Notes: generated from the letters alone by a model not told the origin. 64,000 nt of DNA from an uncultured Bacilli bacterium (GCA_963722445.1 CAVRMZ010000047.1:1162-65161), one strand, 5' to 3'. Positions 29,082 to 38,487 are shown, numbered from the stretch's first letter. A program made the numbers and translations.

Positions 29082-29174
29082 TTACTTCTTCTCGGCAGGT
29101 TGAGCAGCTGGGGTAGCGGTGGTTCCAGCCGTAGTAGCGGTTGTAGCCTTAGCGCCTTTGTTCTTCTTAGACAT
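29082..29174 (-). CDS. Small ORF, 30 aa, Lys/Thr/Ala-rich (MSKKNKGAKATTATTAGTTATPAAQPAEKK)
   Basis: Not in the ORF track (shorter than 60 aa). A strong RBS AGGAGGG lies 7 nt upstream of the ATG. The ORF sits in an otherwise empty intergenic region flanked by hairpins. It could be spurious. Confidence 0.3.
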   Translation of the reverse strand: MSKKNKGAKATTATTAGTTATPAAQPAEKK

Positions 29175-29497
29175 GTAATTGCCCTCCTACGGAAATCACA
29201 TTAGTCGGATTTTGGCTCCATGCAAGTTTAGATATGGCAAAACCGCGGAAAAGAAGACCCTGTCTTCGCAATCCGCTTTCAAAAGGCCTCAAAAAACGAA
29301 TATTGCTTCATTATAAATATAAAAAACGTTCCTTATAATCTAATTAAAATATAAAAATGTAAAATATATTGCGTTTGCTTAGTTGACTGGGTCCAAAAGA
29401 CGGGATGGCATCTATAGAATAGCAGAGGGAACCTGAACGCCCCTCACGCGATAATTCGTTTTCAAGGAAGCCGTCTTGCAAATAAGGGAAACTCTAT

Positions 29498-29526
29498 TTG
29501 TATATGCCGGCTGGTCATCATATAAT
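29498..29526 (+). promoter_or_regulatory. Candidate sigma-A promoter of the rpsF operon
   Basis: TTGTAT, a 17-nt spacer, then TATAAT (29521-29526). It is followed by a ~90-nt 5' UTR with nested inverted repeats (GTGACC…GGTCAC; GCCTC…GAGGC). Confidence 0.35.
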
Positions 29527-29616
29527 TGTGACCGCCTCGAACGAAGGATTTGAGGCGCACATACTCTTATGGTCACACGTTATATTGCGAGGTGATCCAG
29601 AGTCCAAAACTAGGAG

Positions 29617-29913
29617 GTGCCGCAAATGAAGAAGTACGAGATCATGTACATTCTTATCCCGACGTTGGAAGACGCCGCACGTAAGGATGAAATCGCCAAA
29701 CTCCAGGGGATACTTGAGTCTAACAAGGCCAAGGTCACCGACGTCAAGGAGTGGGGCGTAAAGGATTTCGCTCATCCGATCAAAAAGCAACCGAAGGGCT
29801 ACTACGTCGTGCTCAAAGTGAGCGCGGAGCCAGCCGCTCTTAAGGAATTTGATCGTTTAGCGAAACTCGATCTTAACGTCATTCGCCACTTGATTATCGC
29901 AGACCAAGACTGA
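29617..29913 (+). CDS. rpsF: 30S ribosomal protein S6
   Basis: MKKYEIMYILIPTLEDAA… is a typical S6 N-terminus, and the gene lies in the rpsF-ssb-rpsR context. Confidence 0.9.
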   Translation: MPQMKKYEIMYILIPTLEDAARKDEIAKLQGILESNKAKVTDVKEWGVKDFAHPIKKQPKGYYVVLKVSAEPAALKEFDRLAKLDLNVIRHLIIADQD

Positions 29914-29940
29914 CGAACGTTTATTGGAGGATCGCCATTA

Positions 29941-30402
29941 ATGCTTAATCGTGTTGTTCTAATTGGACGTCTCACCCGTGATCCGGAGCTCCGTAAAACG
30001 GCTTCGGGGATGTCGGTCGCTTCCTTCTCGATCGCCGTCGATGATAGTTACAAAGGCCCGAATGGAGAAAAGAACACGCTTTTCATGAATTGTTCCATGT
30101 TTGGGGCAAGAAGTGAGAGTTTTGCGAAATACTCCCGCAAAGGATCCCTTGTCGCCATCGAAGGTCGACTCACCCAACGAAAATACACGCGTAAAACAGA
30201 CAATCAGCAAGTCACTGTCGTGGAAGTGGTCGCCGATAACTTCGAATTCCTCGATACGAAAGGCTCGTCAGCGGGCGTTGGCTCCGGAACTCCGGATGCC
30301 GGGAAAACACCCGAGACTCCGGCCGCTCAGCCCGAGAAAAAGAAGCAAGATGGTGGAAACCTTGATTCCATCGATGTTGTAGACGATGATCTTCCATTTT
30401 AA
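29941..30402 (+). CDS. ssb: Single-stranded DNA-binding protein
   Basis: MLNRVVLIGRLTRDPELRKT… is an OB fold, and the acidic C-terminal tail ends DDDLPF. Confidence 0.9.
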   Translation: MLNRVVLIGRLTRDPELRKTASGMSVASFSIAVDDSYKGPNGEKNTLFMNCSMFGARSESFAKYSRKGSLVAIEGRLTQRKYTRKTDNQQVTVVEVVADNFEFLDTKGSSAGVGSGTPDAGKTPETPAAQPEKKKQDGGNLDSIDVVDDDLPF

Positions 30403-30424
30403 AATAACTGAAAGGAAATAAAAT

Positions 30425-30655
30425 ATGGCTTTCAAGAAAATGAGACCTCGGAAGAAGATTTGCTTCTTCACCAAGAACCACATAAAATTCGTTGACTACA
30501 AGGATGTTGAGCTGCTCTCCCGGTTCGTTAACCCGGATGGCAAAATCGCTCCCCGCAGTCAGACTGGAACTTGCGCGAAGTATCAGCGTGAGCTTGCCAA
30601 GGCCGTCAAGAACGCCCGCTTCATGGGATTGCTCCCCGAAGTTGGCCAAAAATAA
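30425..30655 (+). CDS. rpsR: 30S ribosomal protein S18
   Basis: 76 aa; …[23 protein letters not shown]… is typical of S18. Confidence 0.9.
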   Translation: MAFKKMRPRKKICFFTKNHIKFVDYKDVELLSRFVNPDGKIAPRSQTGTCAKYQRELAKAVKNARFMGLLPEVGQK

Positions 30656-30674
30656 ATTATCGTTTTTTGACGAA

Positions 30675-30700
30675 AGAGACTCGGAAGGGTCTCTTTTTTA
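30675..30700 (+). terminator. Rho-independent terminator after rpsR
   Basis: AGAGAC-TCGGAAGG-GTCTCT stem-loop followed by TTTTTTA. Confidence 0.55.
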
Positions 30701-30767
30701 CTATTAGCCCAACTCCCCGCACTCCTTCTTTTATCCCTAAAGGGGATAAGGCTATAATAACAAGGCA

Positions 30768-32801
30768 ATGACAAAGACACTTACCAAACTTCGGCTTGTG
30801 GCGTTCGTTATCTTTATCGTCGAAGCCCTAACGATCATCGTGGCGGCTTTCTTGTGGGTCTTTAATGTTTTTTCTTTTCGCGATATCGACAACGTTGAAA
30901 GCTATATCTTCATTGCTCTCATTGTTTATTTTCTTGGCGATTCGCTTTTCTATTGGTTCTCCCTTGCGCGCCTTGACAAAGTCCGTCAAAGAAACGACAT
31001 CGAAGCCGCAACGCTTGTCGGCGCGGATGTCCAGGAAGCTTATAATTTCGATCAGATCGGACTTGTGGTGGTTGATGAGCAGAACATCATCGTTTGGGCC
31101 AACAACCTCTTCAAAGATCGTCAGATTGATTTAGTGGATACAAACATTTTCGAGTGGATGCCATCTCTTTCCGACCTCGTGAACGCGCCAGTCAACAAAG
31201 TCGTAAAAGTCGAGATCAAAGGTCGAGAATATGACGTTAAGTATCTTTCAGAACCGCGCTTATTCGTCTTCAAAGACTGCACCGATTACGAAAACGTCGT
31301 CAGTTATTCCAAGGAACAAGCCGTGGTTCTTGGGATTATCATGATCGATAACTATGACGACATGGCTTCTGATACGGATGAATCTGCCGATGTCGTCGAC
31401 AAAGTCCGATCCATCATCACGGATTACTGCCGGGATTTCGGGGTGCTGCTTCGCCGGGTTAAAGCCGATACCTACTTTGCCGTTTGCAATTTCTCTTCTC
31501 TCGACAAAATGGAAACCGATAAATTCTCTCTCTTGGAGAAAGCCCGTTCCATCGGCGCTAAAGACGACAACCCTCTTACTCTATCGATTGGTTTCGCCCA
31601 TGATTTTCCCGACATCTCCAAATTGAACGAAATGGCCGCTAACGCAATTGATATCGCCCTTTCGCGAGGCGGCGATCAGGTCGTTGTCTCCCAATATGGT
31701 GCCGAACTCAAGTTCTTTGGTGGCAAAACCGAGGCGGTCGAGACCACTTCTAAAGTTAAGGTTCGTTCTGTAGCCGATTCGGTTATTTCCTTGATTAAAA
31801 GCTCTTCCAGCGTAATGATCATGGGCCATCAGGACATGGACATGGATTCCCTTGGCAGCGCCTTAGGGATCATGGCCATCTGCGATTGGTGCGGGAAGCC
31901 TAGCAAAATCGTCTATAACCAGAAGCTGGCAGAGCAGAAAACCCGTTTGGCTTTCCAATCGGCTTTCTCGCGTGACGCCTTTGATAAAATGACGATGACG
32001 CCTGAAGAAGCTCAAAGCGAACTCAAAGAAAGCACCCTAGTCGTGGTTGTGGATATCTCAGTTCCTGATCTCGTTATGGCGCCTAATCTCCTTGATGTGG
32101 CCTCCAAAATTATTGTTGTCGATCACCATCGGCGCGGTGACAAGTTTATTGATCGCCCGGTTTTGGCTTATATCGAGCCGAGCGCCTCTTCCGCTTCGGA
32201 ACTTGTGACGGAAATGATTCGCTATGCCACAGCTAACCCTAGAATTGAACTTAAGCCAACCTTCGCTACCATCATGCTTTCGGGCATTTTTCTTGATTCC
32301 AACTATTTCAAAGGAAAGTCCACTGGCATGAGGACCTTCGAAGCAGCCGAAATTCTTAAGGAATATGGCGCGGACAACGCCGTGGCGGATGATTACCTCA
32401 AAGAGGAATTTGAGGAATACAGTCTCATCAACAAAATCATCGGGTCGATGCAGACCCCTCACTATGGCATCGTTTATTGCGTTTCGGACGATAAGGATAT
32501 CATTGAGCGGAGCACTTTAGCCAAAGTCGCCAACCAGCTCATGCAACTCAAAGGAATCAATGCTTGCTTTGTCGTCGGAAAGACCGATGATAAGTCTATC
32601 CGTATCTCCGCAAGAAGCGACGGCACCGTCAACGTGCAGATGCTTTGCGAGAAGATGGGCGGAGGGGGCCATTATACTGGGGCCGCAGCTTTATTCGAAG
32701 GAACGACGACGCAAAGCGTCGTGAGCACCTTGTTGACCACCTTGGATGAATACCTTGATGCGGCCAGAAGCAGCGTTAACAGCGAAGGAGATGACGAATA
32801 A
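30768..32801 (+). CDS. gdpP: GdpP-type cyclic-di-AMP phosphodiesterase (TM-PAS-degenerate GGDEF-DHH-DHHA1)
   Basis: 677 aa with two N-terminal TM helices, a DHH motif (VVVDHHRRGD) and a DHHA1 GGGH motif (GGGGHYTGAAA). It sits in the yybT position between rpsR and rplI. Confidence 0.8.
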   Translation: MTKTLTKLRLVAFVIFIVEALTIIVAAFLWVFNVFSFRDIDNVESYIFIALIVYFLGDSLFYWFSLARLDKVRQRNDIEAATLVGADVQEAYNFDQIGLVVVDEQNIIVWANNLFKDRQIDLVDTNIFEWMPSLSDLVNAPVNKVVKVEIKGREYDVKYLSEPRLFVFKDCTDYENVVSYSKEQAVVLGIIMIDNYDDMASDTDESADVVDKVRSIITDYCRDFGVLLRRVKADTYFAVCNFSSLDKMETDKFSLLEKARSIGAKDDNPLTLSIGFAHDFPDISKLNEMAANAIDIALSRGGDQVVVSQYGAELKFFGGKTEAVETTSKVKVRSVADSVISLIKSSSSVMIMGHQDMDMDSLGSALGIMAICDWCGKPSKIVYNQKLAEQKTRLAFQSAFSRDAFDKMTMTPEEAQSELKESTLVVVVDISVPDLVMAPNLLDVASKIIVVDHHRRGDKFIDRPVLAYIEPSASSASELVTEMIRYATANPRIELKPTFATIMLSGIFLDSNYFKGKSTGMRTFEAAEILKEYGADNAVADDYLKEEFEEYSLINKIIGSMQTPHYGIVYCVSDDKDIIERSTLAKVANQLMQLKGINACFVVGKTDDKSIRISARSDGTVNVQMLCEKMGGGGHYTGAAALFEGTTTQSVVSTLLTTLDEYLDAARSSVNSEGDDE

Positions 32802-32802
32802 T

Positions 32803-33264
32803 ATGAAAATAATCTTATTGGCCGATGTTTCCGGAGTGGGCAAAAAAGGCGCGACTTGCGAGGTTTCTGACGGGTACGCCATCAATTTTCTCGTTCCTCA
32901 CAAATTAGCGGTTATTTCGACGCCTTCTAATCAAGCGGCGCTGGATAAAAACAATTCCACGGAGGAGACCCGCCAAGAGCAGCTCAAAAAAGATGCAGAG
33001 GCTTTAGCGGCCCGCCTCGAAAACCTGAACGTCGAATTCAAAGCCAAAGTCGGAAGCGATGGGAGAATGTTCGGCACCGTTTCCCCTAAGGAGATCGAAG
33101 CCGGCATGAAGGCCCAGTGGGGCATCGTGATCGATAAACGGAAGTTCATCGATAAATATCCGGCGAATGCGATTGGCTACACCCGCCTGAAAATCGAGCT
33201 TTATAAAGGATCGGCAGGTCAGGTCGTAGGGACCGTCAACGTTCATATTTCGAAGGAGAACTGA
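32803..33264 (+). CDS. rplI: 50S ribosomal protein L9
   Basis: MKIILLADVSGVGKKGATCEVSDGYAINFL is the canonical L9 N-terminus. The start is set at the internal ATG with a GAAGGAG RBS; the track begins at 32746, inside gdpP. Confidence 0.85.
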   Translation: MKIILLADVSGVGKKGATCEVSDGYAINFLVPHKLAVISTPSNQAALDKNNSTEETRQEQLKKDAEALAARLENLNVEFKAKVGSDGRMFGTVSPKEIEAGMKAQWGIVIDKRKFIDKYPANAIGYTRLKIELYKGSAGQVVGTVNVHISKEN

Positions 33265-34757
33265 TGGCGCGGAAATTCACTCTTCCATCCAACGTCGAGG
33301 CGGAGCGCTCCGTTCTTGGAGCCATGCTTCTCGACCCGAACGCCTGCGCCGTGGCTTTGGCCTCTTTGACCGATGCCTCTTTTTCTGGCGTCGACAAGCG
33401 AAACGTCCTCGTTTTCAAGGCCATGAGCGAGTTGGCCAATCACAAAATGCCAATCGACGCCCAAACCGTGACCGATGAGCTTATTAATCTTAAAACCATT
33501 GATGATGCGGGAGGCCCTGAATATCTTTTAGAGCTTGGGAATAGCCCTATTAGCCCTGACAATATCGATCATTATATCAACATTATCAAAGATCAAGCCG
33601 TCCTGCGCGAATTCCTCGTCAAGATGTCGAGCATCCAGGATTCTTATGCTTCAGGTGATGTTCCGGATATCGGGGACTTTATTTCCAGCAGCAGCCAATC
33701 CTTAAATGATATCGCTTCTCGGCGAACGGTCGGCGATTTCAAGAAAGCCGACGTCATTTCCGAAGCGGTCCGGCAGCAAATCGAAAACGAAGCCAACCGC
33801 TCCACAAGGGGTTTAACTGGCGTCGATACGGGTTATACCCGTCTCAATAAATTCACCCATGGTTGGCAAAAAGGCGATTTCATCGTCATTGCCGCGCGCC
33901 CTTCCGTTGGTAAAACCGCCTTTGCCCTTAACTTGGCGTTGCACGCCACGAACTACAAAGACAAACCAGTGGCTTTCTTTTCCTGCGAAATGGGCGCCGA
34001 TCAAATCATGAAACGCCTTATTTCGGCGGTTTCTCACGTCAATTCCGAAAACATCCAAACGGGTGAGCTCACTCAGAAGGAAATGGAAAAAATCTCCAAT
34101 GCCATCGATGCCATCAAACATACAAAGCTTTTCATCGATGACACGGCCAATCCGATGCTGGGAGACCTTATCGCCAAAGCCCGAAAACTCAAAGCGGCAG
34201 AACCTGATCTTTCTCTAATCGTCATCGACTATTTAAATTTGATCGTGACGGAACAGCATTACGATTCCCGAGCCCAAGAAGTGAGCCAAATCACGAGGGG
34301 CCTCAAGGAATTGGCCCGCGATCTTCATATTCCGGTCATTGCCTTGGCTCAGCTTAACCGCGACGTCGATCAGAACGAAGGCCACGTTCCGATGCTTTCT
34401 AACCTTAAAGAATCCGGGTCCATCGAGCAAGACGCTGATTTGGCCCTGTTAATGTATCGTGAGGATTACTATACGAGCACCGGTCAAGGCACCATCAAAC
34501 CGCATGGTTTCGCTAACAACGATTACACCAAGCAATTGAATACCCAGGTTCAAGCCGCCCAAGCCCAAGGCAACCAAAAAGCCAGCGATATCTCTGTTGT
34601 TTCGATCGCAATCGCTAAAAATCGTAACGGAAGAACCGGAACTTTCACCCTCCTCTTCAGCAAGAACTATTCCTTATTCGATAATCCTTCGCCTGAAATG
34701 GAACAGACGGCGAACAAATTGAGCAATCCTGCATTAGGCCCTGGCGACGATGTATGA
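33264..34757 (+). CDS. dnaB: Replicative DNA helicase (DnaB family)
   Basis: Walker A GARPSVGKTAFALN, Walker B LIVIDYLNLI and the arginine finger region are present. There is a ~38-aa insertion before the C-terminal AKNRNG motif. The start overlaps the rplI stop (TGATG). Confidence 0.9.
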   Translation: MARKFTLPSNVEAERSVLGAMLLDPNACAVALASLTDASFSGVDKRNVLVFKAMSELANHKMPIDAQTVTDELINLKTIDDAGGPEYLLELGNSPISPDNIDHYINIIKDQAVLREFLVKMSSIQDSYASGDVPDIGDFISSSSQSLNDIASRRTVGDFKKADVISEAVRQQIENEANRSTRGLTGVDTGYTRLNKFTHGWQKGDFIVIAARPSVGKTAFALNLALHATNYKDKPVAFFSCEMGADQIMKRLISAVSHVNSENIQTGELTQKEMEKISNAIDAIKHTKLFIDDTANPMLGDLIAKARKLKAAEPDLSLIVIDYLNLIVTEQHYDSRAQEVSQITRGLKELARDLHIPVIALAQLNRDVDQNEGHVPMLSNLKESGSIEQDADLALLMYREDYYTSTGQGTIKPHGFANNDYTKQLNTQVQAAQAQGNQKASDISVVSIAIAKNRNGRTGTFTLLFSKNYSLFDNPSPEMEQTANKLSNPALGPGDDV

Positions 34758-35503
34758 TCCGCTTCCTGATTATTGGGAGCGGCAGCAAAGGCAACGCAAC
34801 CCTCGTTTATGACGAGGACACGCTTTTTCAGATCGATATGGGGGTCCCTCTTAAGCGCGTGAAGGCTGGACTTGATGAAATAAAACATACGTTTTCGGAC
34901 GTTTCCGGCATCTTGATTACTCATGAACACGTTGACCATATCGGAACATTAGCGACTTTGCCTGGCTCCATTCCGACATTCGCCGCCAGCGGAACCCTCG
35001 CCCATCCTTCCCATATCGTGGTTCCGGAAGAGCCTTTTCCTTTGGGATCTTTTTATGTCACTCCGATTTCCTTAAGCCATGACGCCGCCGCCCCTTGCGG
35101 CTATATCATCACCCACCAAGACGAAAAACTGGTTTACGTGACCGACACCGGCTATTTGCCCAACGCCGATCTCCCGTATATGAAGAACGGAACCTATTAC
35201 ATCATCGAAAGCAATCACGACCTTAAAATGCTCATGAAATCCAGAAGACCATTGTCGCTGAAGCTTCGGATCAAAGGCGACTTGGGCCACCTTTCGAATC
35301 TCGATTCCGCCGTTTACATGAGCGAACTCGTTTCGGAGGGAACCAAGGGAATCTGCCTCGCCCATCTCTCCGAAGAGTGCAACACGCCTGAATTAGCCTT
35401 AAAAACGTACGATGACGTCTTCAAAAAACACGGATTGGACCCCGCCAGTTACCATATCGAATGCGCTAAGCAATGGGAGCCTTTATTAGGAGGCGACCTA
35501 TGA
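34754..35503 (+). CDS. MBL-fold metallo-hydrolase (WalJ/YycJ-like)
   Basis: 249 aa with the HxHxDH motif (THEHVDHIG). It occupies the position that yycJ holds after the walRK genes in Bacillus, but here it directly follows dnaB. Confidence 0.7.
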   Translation: MIRFLIIGSGSKGNATLVYDEDTLFQIDMGVPLKRVKAGLDEIKHTFSDVSGILITHEHVDHIGTLATLPGSIPTFAASGTLAHPSHIVVPEEPFPLGSFYVTPISLSHDAAAPCGYIITHQDEKLVYVTDTGYLPNADLPYMKNGTYYIIESNHDLKMLMKSRRPLSLKLRIKGDLGHLSNLDSAVYMSELVSEGTKGICLAHLSEECNTPELALKTYDDVFKKHGLDPASYHIECAKQWEPLLGGDL

Positions 35504-35979
35504 AAATCAGAATCTTGGCGGTCGGCCACCTCAAGGAAGCCTACTGGAAGGCCGCTGAGGCGGAATACCTGAAGCGGTTGTCTTCTTATGCTTCCGTCAC
35601 GGTTGAGGAGTTTGACGACCTTCCTACGCCCGCCTCGGCCTCGCCAACCTTTAGCGAAGAGATCAAGGAAAAAGAAGACGCAAAGATTCTCTTCAAACTC
35701 AAGTCTTCGGATTTCGTTGTTCTTTTGGACTTGGGAAAAGAGGAAGTCGATTCCCTTTCTTTGGCCAAAAGACTGGCCGATTGGGAACGCAAAAGCGAGT
35801 CCAACCTCACTTTTGTCATCGGAGGATCCTTGGGTCTTTCACAATCGTTAAAAAAAAGAGGCAACGCCTCATTAACGTTGTCTAAACTCACTTTTACCCA
35901 TCAGATGGCTCGCGTCATTTTACTCGAGCAGCTCTATCGAAGCTATAAGATCCTGAATAACGAACCCTATCACAAATAA
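35500..35979 (+). CDS. rlmH: 23S rRNA (pseudouridine1915-N3)-methyltransferase RlmH
   Basis: MKIRILAVGHLKEAYWKAAEAEYLKRL… is a SPOUT-fold RlmH. The start is set at the ATG after AGGAGG; the track begins at 35473. Confidence 0.8.
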   Translation: MKIRILAVGHLKEAYWKAAEAEYLKRLSSYASVTVEEFDDLPTPASASPTFSEEIKEKEDAKILFKLKSSDFVVLLDLGKEEVDSLSLAKRLADWERKSESNLTFVIGGSLGLSQSLKKRGNASLTLSKLTFTHQMARVILLEQLYRSYKILNNEPYHK

Positions 35980-36789
35980 CTAGATTTTATTGATAAGGCC
36001 ATAGTGAAGCATCGCTTTGGCCCAGCCGTCCTCGTCAATGTCGGCGGTTACGTAATCAGCGATGGCCTTGACGTCGGAGAGAGCGTTGCCCATGGCTACC
36101 GATGTTCCGGTGAACAAGAGCATTTCGATGTCGTTGTTGGCATCCCCTAAACTCATGGCGTTCTCTTGCTTCCAGCCATAGTATTCGAGGACCGCCATGA
36201 TGCCTTTGGCCTTATCGCTGTCCTTCGGCATGATGTCCACCGCATACTCATCCCACCGCGCAGCTTTGCAGTCCTTGAGATGCGGCAAGAAGAGCTGTTC
36301 ATCAAAGTCATCGCAGAAAGCGATCATTTGGTAGACCACTCGATCATAAGGGATCGGAAATTTCCGGGGCTGGGGGAAACGGGTTCCGTATTTGGCATGG
36401 GCGTCAATGACGCGGTCATCGATATAGTTGATGTGTCCCTCGTTTTCCTCAATGAGGGTCAAGCCGAATTTAAGGCGGTAAGAAAAGCGAATCATCGCGT
36501 TGACGACATCGGCAGGAATGGCGTATTTGTAAATGACGACGTCCCCAACCGCGACCGCGGCTCCGTTCATCATGACGATGCCGTCGGGTTTAATGAGGTC
36601 AAGAAGCCCGGTTTTTCGAATCAGGTAATAGTTCCGCCCAGAGCAAAGAAACACCTTGATGCCTTTGCTTTGCATCTCGCGGATGGCCGCGATGGCGCTT
36701 TCGGGAATGTGATTGGTGACGTGCGAAAAAAGAGTGCCATCAATATCGGTGAAGACTACTTTAATATCGCTAATGGACTCCCGCCTCAT
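35980..36789 (-). CDS. HAD-superfamily hydrolase, Cof-type (subfamily IIB)
   Basis: DIDGTL motif I (VFTDIDGTLF), a cap domain, and the C-terminal GDANNDIEML motif. Confidence 0.7.
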   Translation of the reverse strand: MRRESISDIKVVFTDIDGTLFSHVTNHIPESAIAAIREMQSKGIKVFLCSGRNYYLIRKTGLLDLIKPDGIVMMNGAAVAVGDVVIYKYAIPADVVNAMIRFSYRLKFGLTLIEENEGHINYIDDRVIDAHAKYGTRFPQPRKFPIPYDRVVYQMIAFCDDFDEQLFLPHLKDCKAARWDEYAVDIMPKDSDKAKGIMAVLEYYGWKQENAMSLGDANNDIEMLLFTGTSVAMGNALSDVKAIADYVTADIDEDGWAKAMLHYGLINKI

Positions 36790-36843
36790 TTAACTCCTTT
36801 CACAAAGTCGTGGACTTAGGCTATTATTTATTGCGATAACTCT

Positions 36844-37182
36844 ATGCTTTACCCCGAGTTTAATCAATATATTTCGTTCGCTGATCCAACGAACCCTCTT
36901 TGCAATGCTTATCAAACGAAAGAGGGCCATGTTTTTTACGTAGAACCTGGATTTTACTTGAGAATGCTGGGCTTCAAAGAAAAGCGCGAAGAGCGGTATT
37001 CTGATCTCTTGGCCGCCATCTATGATTTCATCGCGAAGAATCCCAAAGTCGTTTTCACTTGGAACGCGGAAGAGCCCTTTATGCTTAAAGAAGGCTTTCT
37101 TTATCGGGAAATCCAAGATTTTTCCGATCCTTTAAAAATCTACGTCGAGGACAAAAACCGCGGTAGCGACTATGGGGATTAA
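36844..37182 (+). CDS. Hypothetical protein (112 aa)
   Basis: An ORF with no recognisable motif. Its stop abuts the ugd start. Confidence 0.35.
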   Translation: MLYPEFNQYISFADPTNPLCNAYQTKEGHVFYVEPGFYLRMLGFKEKREERYSDLLAAIYDFIAKNPKVVFTWNAEEPFMLKEGFLYREIQDFSDPLKIYVEDKNRGSDYGD

Positions 37183-38487
37183 ATGAGGATCGCGGTCATC
37201 GGGCTCGGTTATGTGGGTTTGGCCAATCTGGCCGTTTTGAGCGGCCAAAAGAGCGTTGACGTCGTCGGTTTTGATCACGACCTTGCCAAGGTTTCCGCGC
37301 TTAACAACAGGACCTTTTCTTTCGATGAAGAGGACTTAAAAGAAGAGCTCGCAAAGAACAAACCCTTAATCACCAGCGACCCCTCCTTGGCTTTCAAGGG
37401 AACCACCGCTTTTGTGATATCGGTGGGAACGCCAGCTCTTCGGGATGGGAGCACCGATCTAGCTTCGTTTTATGAGGTTTTGGCGCTTATCAAGCGGTTT
37501 GCTCGTTCTGCTGCTTTCGTGGTTATTCGTTCGACGGTTCCGGTTGGGACCGCTAAAAGCGCCGCTTCCTTTTTGAACAAAGGATGCCCCTATCGGATCA
37601 AGGTCATTTCTTTCCCGGAGTTTTTAGCCGAAGGAACCTCGTTTTTGGACGAAAAGAAACCGACTCGCCTGGTCGTTGGAGCGCTTGATAACGAAAGCTT
37701 CGGCTTCATCCGCTCTCTCAAACGCGCGGAGATAAAGGCCGGGGTTCCTCTTTTTGAGATGTCGAACGAATCCGCGGAACTGGCCAAATATGCTTCAAAT
37801 GCCTTCTTGGCCACTAAGATTTGTTTTATCAACGAAATAGCTCGTCTCGCCGAAAAAGACGGAGCGGACATTCTTGATGTGGCTTTGGCCATGGGAGCGG
37901 ATCCTCGTATCGGCAAAGGGGCGTTAAAACCTGGGATCGGTTATGGGGGAAGCTGTTTCTCTAAAGACGTCGCTTCGCTTTTGGCTCAGGCTTCCGCTTT
38001 AAAAGCCCCGCTGCTTCTTCCTGAAGCCGCCGCGGCCATCAATCTGACCCAGCCCTTGTATTTTCTCAAGAAAATAAAGAAGCGCAATCCAGAACTCAAT
38101 AACGCTAAAATTGCCTTTGTGGGTTTGGCTTATAAAGCTCGCATATCGGATATTCGGAATTCATTAAGCCTGGTCTTGGCTTCTTATCTTTTGGCGGAAG
38201 GAGCTTCCGTTGTTGCTTTTGATTCTTCCTTAAAGGCCAGAGAAGATTTCAAAGAACGTCTTCCCAAGGTCAAAACGGCGGATTCCTTGGACAACGCCCT
38301 CGTGGACGCAGATCTTCTCGTCATATTGAACGAGGATCCATCAAGCGTTGCTCTAGACGAGCATAAATTAGCGAAACTTATGAAAGGGCATGCTATTTAC
38401 GACGCCAAAGACCTATATCCGCTTGGCTATTTCAAATTGTTTGATTATTATTCGCTAGGGCGGAAAGACGTCATCAATTCAAAATAA
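37183..38487 (+). CDS. ugd: UDP-glucose 6-dehydrogenase
   Basis: MRIAVIGLGYVGL Rossmann motif and the catalytic cysteine motif GYGGSCFSKD; 434 aa. Confidence 0.8.
   Translation: MRIAVIGLGYVGLANLAVLSGQKSVDVVGFDHDLAKVSALNNRTFSFDEEDLKEELAKNKPLITSDPSLAFKGTTAFVISVGTPALRDGSTDLASFYEVLALIKRFARSAAFVVIRSTVPVGTAKSAASFLNKGCPYRIKVISFPEFLAEGTSFLDEKKPTRLVVGALDNESFGFIRSLKRAEIKAGVPLFEMSNESAELAKYASNAFLATKICFINEIARLAEKDGADILDVALAMGADPRIGKGALKPGIGYGGSCFSKDVASLLAQASALKAPLLLPEAAAAINLTQPLYFLKKIKKRNPELNNAKIAFVGLAYKARISDIRNSLSLVLASYLLAEGASVVAFDSSLKAREDFKERLPKVKTADSLDNALVDADLLVILNEDPSSVALDEHKLAKLMKGHAIYDAKDLYPLGYFKLFDYYSLGRKDVINSK

Noticed and set aside
29082-29174. Thr-rich micro-ORF interpreted as a threonine-operon attenuator leader peptide
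   Set aside because: Nothing downstream on its strand is a thr or ilv biosynthetic gene, because lysS is convergent. No terminator/antiterminator pair consistent with attenuation was seen. The ORF is kept only as a possible small protein.
36844-37182. 112-aa hypothetical protein, or small ORFs near 41246..41578, as a barstar-like immunity protein for the secreted RNase
   Set aside because: There is no resemblance to the barstar YYGxNxDALxD motif or fold pattern. The 41246..41578 ORF is antisense to the Ntn-hydrolase gene.
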